A stretch of 64,000 bases of DNA, from NCBI GenBank assembly GCA_977018835.1, contig OZ361259.1, forward strand, positions 3,410,001 to 3,474,000, written 5' to 3'. The notes beneath the pieces were generated by a model, which was not told where the DNA came from, did no database searches, and saw nothing but the letters and a program-made list of their open reading frames with translations. The first letter of the stretch is position 1. Each line of letters begins with the position of its first letter. The stretch comes from Minutocellus sp. GHC0000111 (taxonomy: Eukaryota). A program made the position numbers and the translations under genes. This document shows, one piece after another, positions 19,887 to 31,652 of this stretch.

Positions 19887-22800
19887 ATGGCTCGTCTCCG
19901 TGGGAACATTCAATCGAATCAATCAGCCGCTTTGTTGGGACTGTTTTTCATAGCTCTTGCACGCAGTGTCGGCTACTGCCATGCTGCCGAGGAGGAAGAG
20001 ACGCATGGCAGCGCAACTGGGGAGGGAGAGCATGGCGAAGAAGGCGGTGATCATCACGAGGCCCACGAAGTTTATGCCGTAATTTTCCCGTGGTTCATCC
20101 AGGCCATTGGCATCCTGGTCTACTTCGTTCTAACTCGATACGTTCACGCCGTCCCTTATACCGCTGTCCTTTTTATAGTTGGCATACTAATGGGCGTCGG
20201 CGGTGAATTGCGTGGCGATGCCAATGTCCTTGGCCAATCAATCCAGCTGTGGACCGGAATTGACAATGAAGTGCTCTTCACAGTATTTCTCCCCGGCTTG
20301 CTCTTCAAGGATGCCCTCGAAATCAATTTCCATCTGTTGACTGCCTGCATCAACCAGCTCCTTTGGTTGGCGTTTCCTCTTGTGCTCATCTCGACGATAC
20401 TGACGGCTCTGGTTGGATTTTACGTCTTCCCCTACGGATGGAGCTGGTATATGTCCCTCACATTCGGTTGTATCTTGGCTGCCACAGATCCCGTTGCTGT
20501 CAGTGCCCTTCTCAACGAGGTTGGAGCTCCGCCTCGGTGAGTGAACAGCTGGGGGGGGGGATATTTCTTCTTTTCGTTTATTATGGTTACTCTTGCTCAC
20601 CATTCTTCTTTTGTCGCTCCATTTCTTCATGAAAAAGTCTCAAGATCCATATCAGTGGCGAAAGTTTGCTAAATGACGGATCCGCCGTGGTCTTTTTCTT
20701 CGTCTTTGGTGGACTTTTTCTGCACGAAGTCGGCATCGTTGCCCTAGGCGAAGACAGCACCGTTGGTGAGGCGTTTGCCTTGTTCTTTCGAATGGCCCTT
20801 GGAGGAGCGGGAATTGGTCTGGCGTTTGCCATCGCCCTGCGATTCATCCTCTACAAGCTTGATCGCCGGCAGGATAAGGAAGAAATCGTTTTGCAGGTCA
20901 GTGCAACCGTAGCCATTGCCTACCTGAGCTTCTTTGTCAGCGAAGTAGTAGCCGGATGCAGTGGAGTCATTGCCGTCGTTACTACTGGAATCTTTACAAA
21001 GGCTTTTGCTGCAGGGTTGATATCTGATTGGAAGGTTATGGATTGCTTTTGGTCACTCCTCGAACACCTACTGAATACGGTCATCTTTGCCCTCGGTGGT
21101 ACAGTTTTCGGTTCGATCATTACTCGCGATACGTGGCAAGGAAAAGATTGGGGGTACCTTTTCGTGCTCTTCATCTTGGTCAATATTATTCGCTTCATTT
21201 GCTTGTTTGGGTCATTCCCCCTCACATCAAGAATTGGCCTGAAGACTACCTGGCAGGAAACATTCTTTGCGAGTGCCGGTGGGCTCCGTGGGGCTGTAGG
21301 GTGAGTTCGTTTTGATTCCTATTGGGTCTAGTAGAGATATTGCGATCGCATCCACAAAAAGAATGCTTTATGAACTTGCTCATTCTCACTTATCCTTCCC
21401 TGCCTGCTTTTTCATGTAAAAATCCATTGCAGAATCACTCTTGCCCTCGGCCTCGATAATATTGTGATAGCTAACTCAGATGACGAAACCGTCCGAATGA
21501 TGACCACGGAACTCTTCGGCATGGTGGGAGGTATCGCATTATTGACGCTTTGCATAAACGGACCTCTTTGTGGCCCTCTTTTGATACGTCTTGGCCTGGC
21601 TGATTCGACTGATTCCCGAAAGCATATTATCAAGTGCGCGGAAGAGTCAACTCGGCGACGAGTTCTCGATGATTTTCTTCATCTAATGACCGATGAAAGA
21701 TTCTTTTTTGTTGACTTTGCGCTGGTGCAGTACCATTGCAAGTTCCTTCGTGATGTTACGGCGCAAGAGCTCAAAGATGCTGTTGATGACAACAAGGCAT
21801 CGGTACACCCAGATGTGTACAAGGCTCCGAACCTGAATCAGGTACTTCCTTACATTAAGGACGCCTCGTCTCTTCGCGCAAGTATCGTGCAGGCCCAGCG
21901 TGATATTTTTTGCGCCTGTTAATTTTCAAGAAGAGCGAACAATTCTGAAGGACATAGCGGAAGACGTGGAAGAAGCTGCACCAAAGGAAGAGGCGGATCC
22001 TACCCTGCTGAAAGAGACTCGGCTGCTCTTCTTGGAACTACTACGTGCGGCCTACACAGCGCAGGTTCGCGATGGAGAGTTGGACCCTCGGGAATACAAT
22101 GGTTTTTTGCTTTACGATCTTGAACAATCGGTGGAATTTGCTCATGATGCTGTAAGTGGGGGGTCGCCGTTGAATGACTGGAAGACAGCCAATGATCTGT
22201 CCATTGAGCTTTACCTTCGCAGCGAGGCCACGGCGGATAGAGTTGCAGGAAGTTGCTGTGGCAAAAGGAAGGGAGTAAAGGAGCGAATCGATGAACTGGT
22301 TGACATCGCGTCACCTTTGGCATACCAAAGGCTTCGGCTCAATGTACTTCGAGCATTATCGTTTATTGACGCCCACAAAGAGGCACAGGATAGACTGCAA
22401 GACGAATTGGCCGGAAATCACCTGCACAAGAAAGTCGACACAACACGCTCAATGGCTGCATTTAAGGAGGTTATGAAGGAGAGTAAAGGAGAGGTGAGGA
22501 AGGCCAAGGAAGTGTTGAAGTTGCAAAATAAGAAGAAGCTCAAGCATGTCATCAGTCACTACCTCTGCACAATCATTCAAAATAAAACCGCTCGATACAT
22601 CAAGCTCCTCCTGGATTCTGGGGTCTTGCTACAGAAGGAGGCGCGCCACTTTTTGGAAGAGATCGACGAAGACGTGAGGCATATCAGAAAATGTCCGCTT
22701 TTTGGTGACCATCCTGGGTCAACGCAGTCGGCGCAAGGTCAAACGGATAGGCCTGGAGCTGACAACGATGAATCGAATGAAGACTTCTTTATGGATGCCG

Positions 22801-22910
22801 GCTTATCGGATCTCGCTGAACCGACAGTAGCACCATCGGTAGGCCCTGGCGCCATGCAAAAGCAGCGAACGATGAGAAGGAAGAGAGTCAAACAAAAATC
22901 AATTCTTTAG
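19887..22910 (+). CDS. CPA1-family Na+/H+ antiporter (SOS1/NHX7-like); exons 19887-20536, 20638-21300, 21433-22910 with an apparent +1 frameshift at T6 21906-21911
   Basis: FLPGLLF, ATDPVAV, GESLLNDG, SGVIAVV and GGLRGAVG motifs. The GT-AG introns splice in frame. There is a long cytosolic tail. Confidence 0.9.
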
Positions 22911-23157
22911 AGTTGAGGTGGGATGCATTCGTTTTTGTTCGAAGATTTCTACTTGTTCTTTATGATAATATATGTTCACAAATAGCCAAATATAAGTATA
23001 GTCGCATGTTCCGCCGGATAATCAGCATAACCGCCAGCCTCTGTCCAGCTGATTGCCGGCCATTCTTCTCTCACAGCAGTATTTCCTCTCCTCGGCATAG
23101 TTAACCAAAACAATGTTGTTTTCCTCGCCCCAAGCCTGAACTATCGATTCCCGAAAG

Positions 23158-24040
23158 CTACGAAATCGCGGTTCCGGCATCACTCTTGCCATCAGCCTCG
23201 GAAATGCGTTCCACCATTCGATCTACGGTTGTCCTCATCATATACTTTTCCATCTGACAAGCCCATTCTCCTTCACCCTGATGCAATGGATAGCGACCAA
23301 GCAGCTCATGTTTATAAACCGAGAGCCAATGCTGCTTCTTGGCTGCATCGTAGCTAGTCCTGTTGTTTTTGGTGCGTTTCGCAGTGTGAGAATTGTGAGA
23401 ATTTATCAGCATTTGAGGCCTACGCACCATGCATGATAGTAGTTTCGAAATACATTTGTAAACCAACAAAATATCTAGACAAATGCGCACGTACCAAATT
23501 CGGCCGCTATCATCACCGGGATAATTGGCGGGGAACTGAATGCAGAAACTTCCGTCTGCGACAGGGAAAATGAGGGAAGTAGAGAGGAAGGCACAAAGAC
23601 AGCGGTGAGAGAAAAAGGTCAACAGTATGTATAGGGTTCGCCAATGAGTATTCATTAACGGACAATGTCACATACGGCCGCCTTTCGTTTCATTTCTCCT
23701 TCGCCTAGTAGGAATCCCTACCGGAACAAGGCGTGCACGGAGCATTGTAGGGCAAGAATTACAGGAAGACATTCTCACCTCGATTGACCGTGAGTCCACG
23801 ATCAAGGCCCTTCCGCATGAGCCACTCTCCGTGAACATTCTGCAAATGTTCCAGCACTACCTGCGACAGAGGGTGGGTGTAGACGCGGTTGAATGGCACG
23901 TCCTGCTGTCCTTCGGCATCCGTGGACGACGAAGAAAATTCTCGCCTTGCTGCACTACTTTGTTGGCCAAATATGACGGAGCTCTGCGATTTAGATACCA
24001 CCGACCGGCGAGTGCACGATGATGCAATAGAGCGAAGCAT
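23158..24040 (-). CDS. Small three-exon protein of unknown function with mitochondrial-type presequence
   Basis: MLRSIASSCTRRSVV… presequence. Coding blocks YTHPLSQVVLEHLQ…, DGSFCIQF…GRIW and TSYDAAKKQHWLSVY… are separated by GT…AG introns. Confidence 0.6.
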
Positions 24041-24716
24041 ATTGTTTTGCCTTTTATATGGTGGAAAGACTGTGCTATTAAGAGCTTGGAGTAGTATGAA
24101 GTGCCAATACCACAAGGTACAGGCTTGTGGCGAGAAATGATGCTGGTTGCAAACACGCGTGCAAAACCACTCATGTTGCGTGGCCGGCGTTGGGACTGAC
24201 GTTCAGACATTTGGCACAGGCGTTTCGTACTTTACTACTAGCTGGATAGACGGCCAGACAGTTTGCACATCGAGTCGATCGAGTCGAGCCTTGTTGAGAG
24301 AGGGAGGGAGAGCCCAGGCGAATGCCGGTAGCATGGTGCCAATAGCTCAACTCTAAGAATATAAACGTTCGTCTATGAGCTTGAATCTATGAATTATATG
24401 TCTATCTGGACAAAAGAAATCGCCGAATCCGGATCATCCTCTTCTTCTTCTTCTTCCTTCTTCGTCACCGCCGCCGCCGCCACTACCACCAATTCGTACA
24501 TGTAGATCACTAGAGTCTACCGGTACATGTACGAATTCCTACTTCTTCTCTCTTTTCATTCTCTCTCGATATTGTATTTCCATTAACGCAGTGCCGATGC
24601 CTTCTTTATCCAATTGAAAATAAACATTAATCCGGAACATGAAACAGAAATAAATATGATGAAACATAAAAATAAAAACATGCATCTTCGTCCACAATGA
24701 ACCTCTCTCGCTGTCT

Positions 24717-26951
24717 CTACTTTCCCTCGTAGTCAAAGCGAGGTTTCTGAGTGCCGGAATCACCATCGCCACCGCCACCGCCACCGCCACTTCGTTGGCC
24801 CAACAGAAAGGATTTGGGCGAAATATTGAAAAGGCTGGCACTGTCGTCCTGAGATATGGTCGAATCTATTTCATCCGTCTTGGTCCCCCCTCCTCTTCCT
24901 TCAGCAGTGGGCTCGCTGAAGGTACGTCCCCTATTTCCTACTACTGAAGGATGGGCCTGATGTTTCGTCTCTACCGCGTGACTGTTTCGATGTATAGTCG
25001 TCGTGGTGGTGGGGGTAGCAGCAGTGCTACCGAGGTGGTGCCCTTGGGATTGAATTTGTTGCTCTCTCAAAGCAGCTGCCTTCGCATGTTCAACTTGCTC
25101 CACCGCAAACGGTATAGGGGCCGGTTGGTTGAAGCCCATGGCGGTGTGGGTGGGGTCGGTGAAGGTCCGTCCCCTGCCGGCGGCAGCAGAATGCCCTCCG
25201 GAAGCTTTCGATGCGGAGGGCGGAGGAGGCAGGCCCATACTGCGCGGCGTGGCACCGCTCTCCCGGAAGAAGTAGCCATTCGACTGCATACTGGACTCGT
25301 CCGAGAAGCTGTAGACGTCGCCGTGCTCTTCGTCGTCCCAGAACCTGCCCCCCTCGGCGCCGGCCAAGCCGCCATAACCCCCGCCGGCCAAAAAGGGCGA
25401 CTCGTACTGTGGGCGGTCCGTCTTGGCGTGGTGCGACGTCGACATGGGCGGGGGGAGGACGCCGGGATGTCCGTCGAGGATGGCCTGCGTACTGGCGGTG
25501 CTGTATTCGCTGTACTCGCACGACGACGTCCGCGATCGGGGGGAGGGGACTGCGCTTCCCATGCCTCCACCGCCGCCGCCTCCAAACGGGTGCTGATCCT
25601 CCAGGGACGCTAAGGGACGGACATAGCCTCTTGGTGACGAGGATGATACGACCGAGGCAGTGTTGACGGTGGCGGTGGACGTTACGGAATGATGCTGCGT
25701 CATTTGGCTGCTGTTGGCCCCTCCAAAGTTGGTCGATGCCGTTGACATGGAGGTGATGTGGGTATCGGTCCGGACGAGGTTGAGATCTTTATCTTCCTCG
25801 ATCAAGGCCAGGCCCTTGAGGTCGAGGTCTTCGGCTATTTGGGGCATGGTAGTGTTGGTGTTGGCGGCGGCAGGGGGGGCAGGAGGATGATAATTGGATT
25901 CCGTCGACTGGTACGAGACGTCGGTTCCGGCTCGTCCACGGGGGGAATCAAAGGTGGACGATACGGACAGCTCGGACGAGAACGTGCGAAGGCGCTGCAG
26001 CCCGGGTGGGGGGAAGGCGGTGGCATCGATGGCGGAAGTTGCATTGTAGGCATCGTCGGAGGTGGCATCCTGCCGGACCGGACAAAGTCGATCTGTTAGG
26101 ATTTCTATAGTCTCCATGGGTCGGTCGATGGTGGACGACCACGTGCTGGCGGTCCTGGCGGCGCTGGCGGCCATGGCATCCATCTTGCGCTGGATGCGGG
26201 GCGGATCGAATATCTCCGCGGAGGTGACGGCGGCAGCTTGCGCGGCATCGGCAGCTTGGGAGGCGGCGTGGCTCAATCCCTCCAGCTGCTGATGAAAGGG
26301 CGACAGAGGCGGTGTAGGTGCGGGTGCAGGCGCAGACGATGGCCGCTGTGGCTCTTGCTTTTGGGCTGCTGTTCCCTCATACTCATGCGTCTGGTACATG
26401 TAGTTGTAATTGTATTGACGCGGACTTGGGAGTGGACTCGGACCCGGGCTTGAAAAGTAGGAGGATACGGCATCGCCATCGGCGTCGCTGTAGGCATCTT
26501 CGCCTGCCATCGACGTCATGGATCGCGGCGATTCGCCTGCCGTAGCAGCGGAAGAGGCCGGGGAGACCAGCAGGGCCGCCGCCGCCGCTTCGGCCTCGGC
26601 CTGCTTCTGCGCCGCTCTTCGTCGTCGGCCTCCTCGGCCCCTCGATCCGCGCGCCCGATACGGCTTGGTCCTGGGCGACTTGGGCGGATGGGGAGACTGA
26701 GGCGGCAGATCGCTGCCTGCTGCCGCCGCGGCACGATTGTCACCCTCGGCCACCGCAGCAGTCCCCTCAAACGTTTGGACCTGCAGCCTTGTTGTTGTGG
26801 GCCCTCCAAAGTGTGTCTGCTTCCGATTAGCGGTAGAATTCCTCGGTGACGCCATACTCATGCTGCCAGTCGTCGTCGTCCTCGGCGATCGAGGCACGCT
26901 GGGCGTCTCCCGTCCTTGGCCCCGCGGCGACGGTGGCCGCCGCTGCGACAT
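24717..26951 (-). CDS. Long low-complexity (Ser/Pro/Ala/Thr-rich), probably disordered protein
   Basis: Uninterrupted ORF of about 744 aa with many SPR motifs and a twice-repeated GRGRTF/RGRTF motif. No recognisable domain. Confidence 0.6.
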   Translation of the reverse strand: MSQRRPPSPRGQGRETPSVPRSPRTTTTGSMSMASPRNSTANRKQTHFGGPTTTRLQVQTFEGTAAVAEGDNRAAAAAGSDLPPQSPHPPKSPRTKPYRARGSRGRGGRRRRAAQKQAEAEAAAAALLVSPASSAATAGESPRSMTSMAGEDAYSDADGDAVSSYFSSPGPSPLPSPRQYNYNYMYQTHEYEGTAAQKQEPQRPSSAPAPAPTPPLSPFHQQLEGLSHAASQAADAAQAAAVTSAEIFDPPRIQRKMDAMAASAARTASTWSSTIDRPMETIEILTDRLCPVRQDATSDDAYNATSAIDATAFPPPGLQRLRTFSSELSVSSTFDSPRGRAGTDVSYQSTESNYHPPAPPAAANTNTTMPQIAEDLDLKGLALIEEDKDLNLVRTDTHITSMSTASTNFGGANSSQMTQHHSVTSTATVNTASVVSSSSPRGYVRPLASLEDQHPFGGGGGGGMGSAVPSPRSRTSSCEYSEYSTASTQAILDGHPGVLPPPMSTSHHAKTDRPQYESPFLAGGGYGGLAGAEGGRFWDDEEHGDVYSFSDESSMQSNGYFFRESGATPRSMGLPPPPSASKASGGHSAAAGRGRTFTDPTHTAMGFNQPAPIPFAVEQVEHAKAAALREQQIQSQGHHLGSTAATPTTTTTIHRNSHAVETKHQAHPSVVGNRGRTFSEPTAEGRGGGTKTDEIDSTISQDDSASLFNISPKSFLLGQRSGGGGGGGDGDSGTQKPRFDYEGK

Positions 26952-27498
26952 GTGTTGATTGGGCCCCACCGATGTGAAAGTTTAACTTGACTTTTGGGGT
27001 ATCTTTCTCCTCTTTTTTGCTTTTGTTGTGACAGTTTTGGCGGGAAATTAAATTAATTTTCGGCACAAGATATGCCGAACGAAAGCCACAGGATACCACG
27101 GCTCCGTCGGTCACCAGATTGGCCAATCCCCCCTTTGGCTGTCTTCGGGTGCTTGCTTTGCTTGGCTAGGAATCCTCTACGCCTACTCTTCCAGTGCAGA
27201 ATTCCCGGTCCATGCTTGTACTGTTCGCCGCTGGGTCGCCGCCATTCCCCTCGCGACCAAGCGCCGCCATCGCCGAAATTGGGGAATCGACTTTTTTGTG
27301 TCCAAGTGGCGCTTCGGCCTGTCCGGGGGACATTTCGGAAAGTACTCCTCTATTTTAAGAGTTGAGGCTAAATACAGGGAAAATTCTATTCAGGAGTGTA
27401 AGGATGATGTGTCTGTCGTCGTCGGGTTAAGATGAGCAGGAGGAGAGCTGCAGTGCAGGCAGTTATTCGCTGCCGGCGCTGCCGTGTAATACTAGTAG

Positions 27499-29226
27499 AT
27501 GCTCTCGACGCCGATGCTCCCCCGGAATTGCCCGAAACGACTCCTTCTGTCATCGAGGGCGGTTGGTCCCTCCTCTTGCACACGTGAAATTTCCTCCTTG
27601 ACGCCGAAAGCGCTTTCAGGAGCACATTTAGTGACCAACTGCCGTCGTGCCCGCAGGATTTCACATCCTCCTAGAACCTACTATCCCGTCGCCAATAAAA
27701 GATGCTTGAGTTCCGCAACAACAGCAGCAGCATCATTATCCGAGAAGAACGGGCGCGACGAGGCCATCGCCGCGAACGCAGCAAAAACAAGCAGCAATGA
27801 TGCGACATATCTCGTCGAGATGTACGAACAAATGTGTCGGGAGGGTGGATCGGCGCGTGACGAACACCAGATACGTGCACTCACCGAACTGGATCGGTTA
27901 CGTTTTCAGCTCATCCAGCGATATGGGACGAGCAATAGTGGTAGCAGCGATAGCTCTGCCAGTATCGCTCGCGATGAATCCACTACTGAACAAGAAGGTG
28001 GTGGATTCTTCAGCAATGTCTTTTCCTCGGTAAGCGCATTTGGTGCCAATAGCAATGCTACTGGCAACAAAGATGACAAACTTGCATCTTCGCCTCCTCG
28101 AGGAGTCTACATCCATGGAGGGGTCGGATGTGGGAAGACTTTCTGCATGGACTTGTTCTACAACTCGATTGTCGGCGCTGATAACGATGAGCGCCACCCC
28201 AAGCTCCAGATCGGAGCACAAAAGGTGCATTTTCACTCCTTCATGTTGAACAAGGTCCACAAACAGATGCATGCGGCCAAGATGGTAGACAGGGTGCAAG
28301 GAGATGTATTGCCTCGCGTCATTGAGAAGATATTGGATAACGGGCTTCTGATTGCGTTTGACGAATTCCAGGTAACCGATGTTGCCGATGCGCTCATCTT
28401 GCGCAGGCTGTTCACCGGCCTTATCGATCAGGGTGCCATCATTGTGGCGACGTCAAACAGACCCCCCAGGGATTTATATCTCAATGGTTTGCAACGCGAT
28501 CGTTTTTTGCCGTTTATTGATTTGTTAGAAGAGAAGACCTCAGTGGTATCAATGTGGGAAAGCGAGACGGACTACAGGTTCATTCAAGGCGCTTCCGCTG
28601 CCAAGGGGGTATATTTCGTTGGCGAAGCAAGTCGGGGCGATTTTGAGAGTGTCTTTTATTCGCTCACAAAAGGAGAGACCGTTGCACCGACGTCCCTGTC
28701 GACGCAGGGCAGGCGGGTTCAGGTGCCGCTGGCGAGCTTAGAAGTTGGGTGCGCGAAGTTTCATTTCGACGACCTATGCAAAAAGGCACTCGGAGCTGCA
28801 GATTATATCTGCATCGGTGAAAACTTCCACACTGTTTTTGTTGACGGCGTGCCCAGGCTCACTCTAAATGATCTGAATGTCCTTCGTCGCCTCATAACAT
28901 TCATCGACTGCATGTACGAGGCGCATGTGAAGCTGATCCTGCAACTTGAGACCCAGACCAGAGATATCTTTGAGGTACAGCTAGACAACGCTCACCAGGA
29001 CGAAGCCTTTTCTTTCGACAGGACGAGAAGTCGGCTTGATGAGATGGGAAGCAAAGAATATCTGAAAAAGCGATGGATTGGGCGAAATAAGGACATCGCC
29101 ATTGGCCAGACGGAGGAGATGAAACATGACTTGGAATTCCTCGTCGAGGAGGAGGATGGCATTCAAAGTGAAAAGGGACACAAGAAGGGCCGGCACTTAT
29201 ACCGCCATGCGAAGGCAGATCGATAA
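27499..29226 (+). CDS. AFG1L: AFG1/LACE1/ZapE-family ATPase, mitochondrial
   Basis: PRGVYIHGGVGCGKT (Walker A), VHFHSFM, FDEFQVTDVADALIL, ATSNRPPRDLY and FSFDRTRSRL; presequence-like N-terminus. Confidence 0.95.
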   Translation: MLSTPMLPRNCPKRLLLSSRAVGPSSCTREISSLTPKALSGAHLVTNCRRARRISHPPRTYYPVANKRCLSSATTAAASLSEKNGRDEAIAANAAKTSSNDATYLVEMYEQMCREGGSARDEHQIRALTELDRLRFQLIQRYGTSNSGSSDSSASIARDESTTEQEGGGFFSNVFSSVSAFGANSNATGNKDDKLASSPPRGVYIHGGVGCGKTFCMDLFYNSIVGADNDERHPKLQIGAQKVHFHSFMLNKVHKQMHAAKMVDRVQGDVLPRVIEKILDNGLLIAFDEFQVTDVADALILRRLFTGLIDQGAIIVATSNRPPRDLYLNGLQRDRFLPFIDLLEEKTSVVSMWESETDYRFIQGASAAKGVYFVGEASRGDFESVFYSLTKGETVAPTSLSTQGRRVQVPLASLEVGCAKFHFDDLCKKALGAADYICIGENFHTVFVDGVPRLTLNDLNVLRRLITFIDCMYEAHVKLILQLETQTRDIFEVQLDNAHQDEAFSFDRTRSRLDEMGSKEYLKKRWIGRNKDIAIGQTEEMKHDLEFLVEEEDGIQSEKGHKKGRHLYRHAKADR

Positions 29227-29294
29227 ATTAAAAATGCTAGAGATTGGTGGCGATTGTTCTAAATGCTAGGCCTACATACCCATTACTTGTATCA

Positions 29295-30110
29295 TTACCC
29301 CGTCTTGGCCAAGGCCATCAAACTGAAATCAATTCGATCTGGCTCAACAGACATGAACACTTCTCTTACAACCCTCGCAGTTTCCTTCAACAAATCAGAG
29401 TCGTTTGGTATGGGTCCATGATCAACCGGGACGACCTTTGTACCGTCCAGCTCCACGATGTGCCCGCCGATACTGACGAAGCAGCAATAATGATGTCCGA
29501 GGTAGGTATCTCCGTTCTCTGGGCACTCTGTCTGTGCCACGTTGTCGGTGGCAGACTCATCGGAGAGACCGTGGATATCCGACGCCACGAGGACATTCCC
29601 ACGCTCCCTGGCGGTGGACAAGTGCGACGTCGATTCTTTGAACTGCGCCAGCGGCCCGGCAAGGGAGAGGTCGGCGTTGGACAGAGCGTGGATTGCAGCG
29701 ATTGATCCGCATGCGTTTCCAAACGACTTGACCTGTTCAATGTGCAAGGCGCTCTTCGCTGCCGGGGTGAGATTGCCGCTGGCCTGTGCCTTGAGCAAGA
29801 TCTTTTTCTGAACGGCCCGTGCTGCGTACAGTGGGTCTGTACAAGGGAATAGGAGAATGACAGCCGCAACTGGCCGTGGGATCAACCGCATTGTCTCGTC
29901 ATCGAAGCCAAAGACGTCGATGAAGATCCACTCCGGCGGGAGATTGGCAACATGCCGAGCGAATGAAGTAAAAATCTCGGGATTTGACTCTAGTGGGAGC
30001 CACGATCCAGAGCTAGTGGAGGTTTTGTCCTGCTGATCTGGATTGTTGCTAAGCTCATCGTGGATATCGCGGAGCCGGTCCCCCGCGCTTTCGTCTTGTT
30101 CTCCTTTCAT
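29295..30110 (-). CDS. Ubiquitin C-terminal hydrolase (peptidase C12, UCH-L1/L3-like)
   Basis: WLPLESNPE, AVILLFP, Q…GNACGSIAAIHAL (catalytic Cys), HHYCCFV, ELDG and FSLMAL. Confidence 0.93.
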   Translation of the reverse strand: MKGEQDESAGDRLRDIHDELSNNPDQQDKTSTSSGSWLPLESNPEIFTSFARHVANLPPEWIFIDVFGFDDETMRLIPRPVAAVILLFPCTDPLYAARAVQKKILLKAQASGNLTPAAKSALHIEQVKSFGNACGSIAAIHALSNADLSLAGPLAQFKESTSHLSTARERGNVLVASDIHGLSDESATDNVAQTECPENGDTYLGHHYCCFVSIGGHIVELDGTKVVPVDHGPIPNDSDLLKETARVVREVFMSVEPDRIDFSLMALAKTG

Positions 30111-30664
30111 GGTCGAACGTGGCTACGTGATAGCAGTGAGCAGCAAGTAAAGCACAGCGCTGACTATGAAGGTGTTGACCTCTGAACGTCCTCTGGGATG
30201 GTGACCCCTCAAACTCAGCCCTCAAACAACGCAGCGCCGACCTCGCGCTGCCATGGGAGGGGCAGTATCAAAAGCTGACAATTCACGACAACCAGACGGT
30301 CCCCAGCCACCGGACTACCACCAAAAAGCGACGCCGCAACACCAGGAGGCAGCCTATCGTTGCAGTCGGACGGGAATACCTCTAGGTAGTTCTTCTGTGT
30401 GTAAACGTGTGATTGTTGTTGTTGCAGTCGGAGGTCGACTGGTTCGGGATGAGGGACGCAAATTGCAAAATGCTGTTTCGGCAATGGCAGGCGTTTCGGC
30501 CAGTTTTCGGCGCCAGGTTTTGCTCTCGTAGTGCCGCGCATAAATAATTAATTTTGCCGTCGTTGTTTGCAATTTTACGGGTAAAATACGCGTCGTATGT
30601 AGCTACGTACGAGTTACCTTCTCGCGGCCGCCGCCAGCAGATCCAAAGAAATGTTGCCAGCACC

Positions 30665-31498
30665 ATGGTGCTGATCCTCGCTTTGTTTCTCCTCCAACTG
30701 GCGGCGGCAGACGCCTTTTCGCTCGGCTTACCAGTGGAGAGTGCAGTGCATTGGACTGCTGGTCTTACCAAAATCAATAGACCAATTGTAAAAACTGCCA
30801 CCACGAAATCTTTCACTTGGACGCCGGGCATGACTTCGAAAGAGAACCCCGTGTTTCCTGCTTTGGCGACAAATGAACACTGTGAAAAATCAAACGGATT
30901 CCCGAAAAAAGATGCATTGGGTCTCGTCGTGTGGCTACTTGCAATTTCTGCATTCATAGCGATCAATGTGAAAGTAAATCCCTTCCCACAGAGCCTACTC
31001 TTGACCCTCAGCCGGCCGCAGTGGGCCCTCGTCCATGCCATCTCCAGCATGATGTTCGGCGGGACGATCCTCCTGTCAACATTGATTGAGAATCTGGTTA
31101 TATCGTCCCGAAAGAGCGCCGTGGTAAGATTTTGGTTCCTTAGTGTGCCAAGATTGGACTCGCTGGTTGTACTCCCTGCGCTAACTGGAAGCATCATCAG
31201 CGGTATTGGTCAGGCAACCATTGATTACGGCGGGATGGTAGGTGCACCGAAGCATGTGACGGGTGCAGTCCACGCTTTGTTAACATTTGGGCTCTGGTGG
31301 GGTGCCACGGACATTACGACACAAGAGCGAGCAAAGGAGTTGGCTCGGTCATTGGACGGAGAATATGACGCCTTGCTCCAAGGGGACGGCGATGCGATGA
31401 ATTTGTTGAAATGGAGACGAATAAGTAATATTGTTTCGTGTCTCATGGTGATAGGCCTGTATGCTTTGATGGTCTTGAAAGCAGGATTCGGGTCCTGA
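30665..31498 (+). CDS. Plastid-targeted multi-TM membrane protein (DUF2269-like)
   Basis: MVLILALFLLQLAAADAF presequence followed by about 5 TM helices, including LVHAISSMMFGG and the C-terminal LYALMVLK. Confidence 0.6.
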   Translation: MVLILALFLLQLAAADAFSLGLPVESAVHWTAGLTKINRPIVKTATTKSFTWTPGMTSKENPVFPALATNEHCEKSNGFPKKDALGLVVWLLAISAFIAINVKVNPFPQSLLLTLSRPQWALVHAISSMMFGGTILLSTLIENLVISSRKSAVVRFWFLSVPRLDSLVVLPALTGSIISGIGQATIDYGGMVGAPKHVTGAVHALLTFGLWWGATDITTQERAKELARSLDGEYDALLQGDGDAMNLLKWRRISNIVSCLMVIGLYALMVLKAGFGS

Positions 31499-31652
31499 GA
31501 ACGTAGCCGGCATGCATTATTTTGCCTACATGCGCTAATAAAAATAAGGTCACATTTGTATGTGCATTGTCGATATCCGGATCACCAATATCTGCTAATA
31601 TTAGACACTCTATGTTGCAAATTCTGCAACTCAACATCGAACAAGCTCTTCA

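Noticed and set aside
21433..22910. Possible CNBD in the antiporter tail, as in plant SOS1
   Set aside because: The tail ends after the helical region with no recognisable cNMP-binding motifs.
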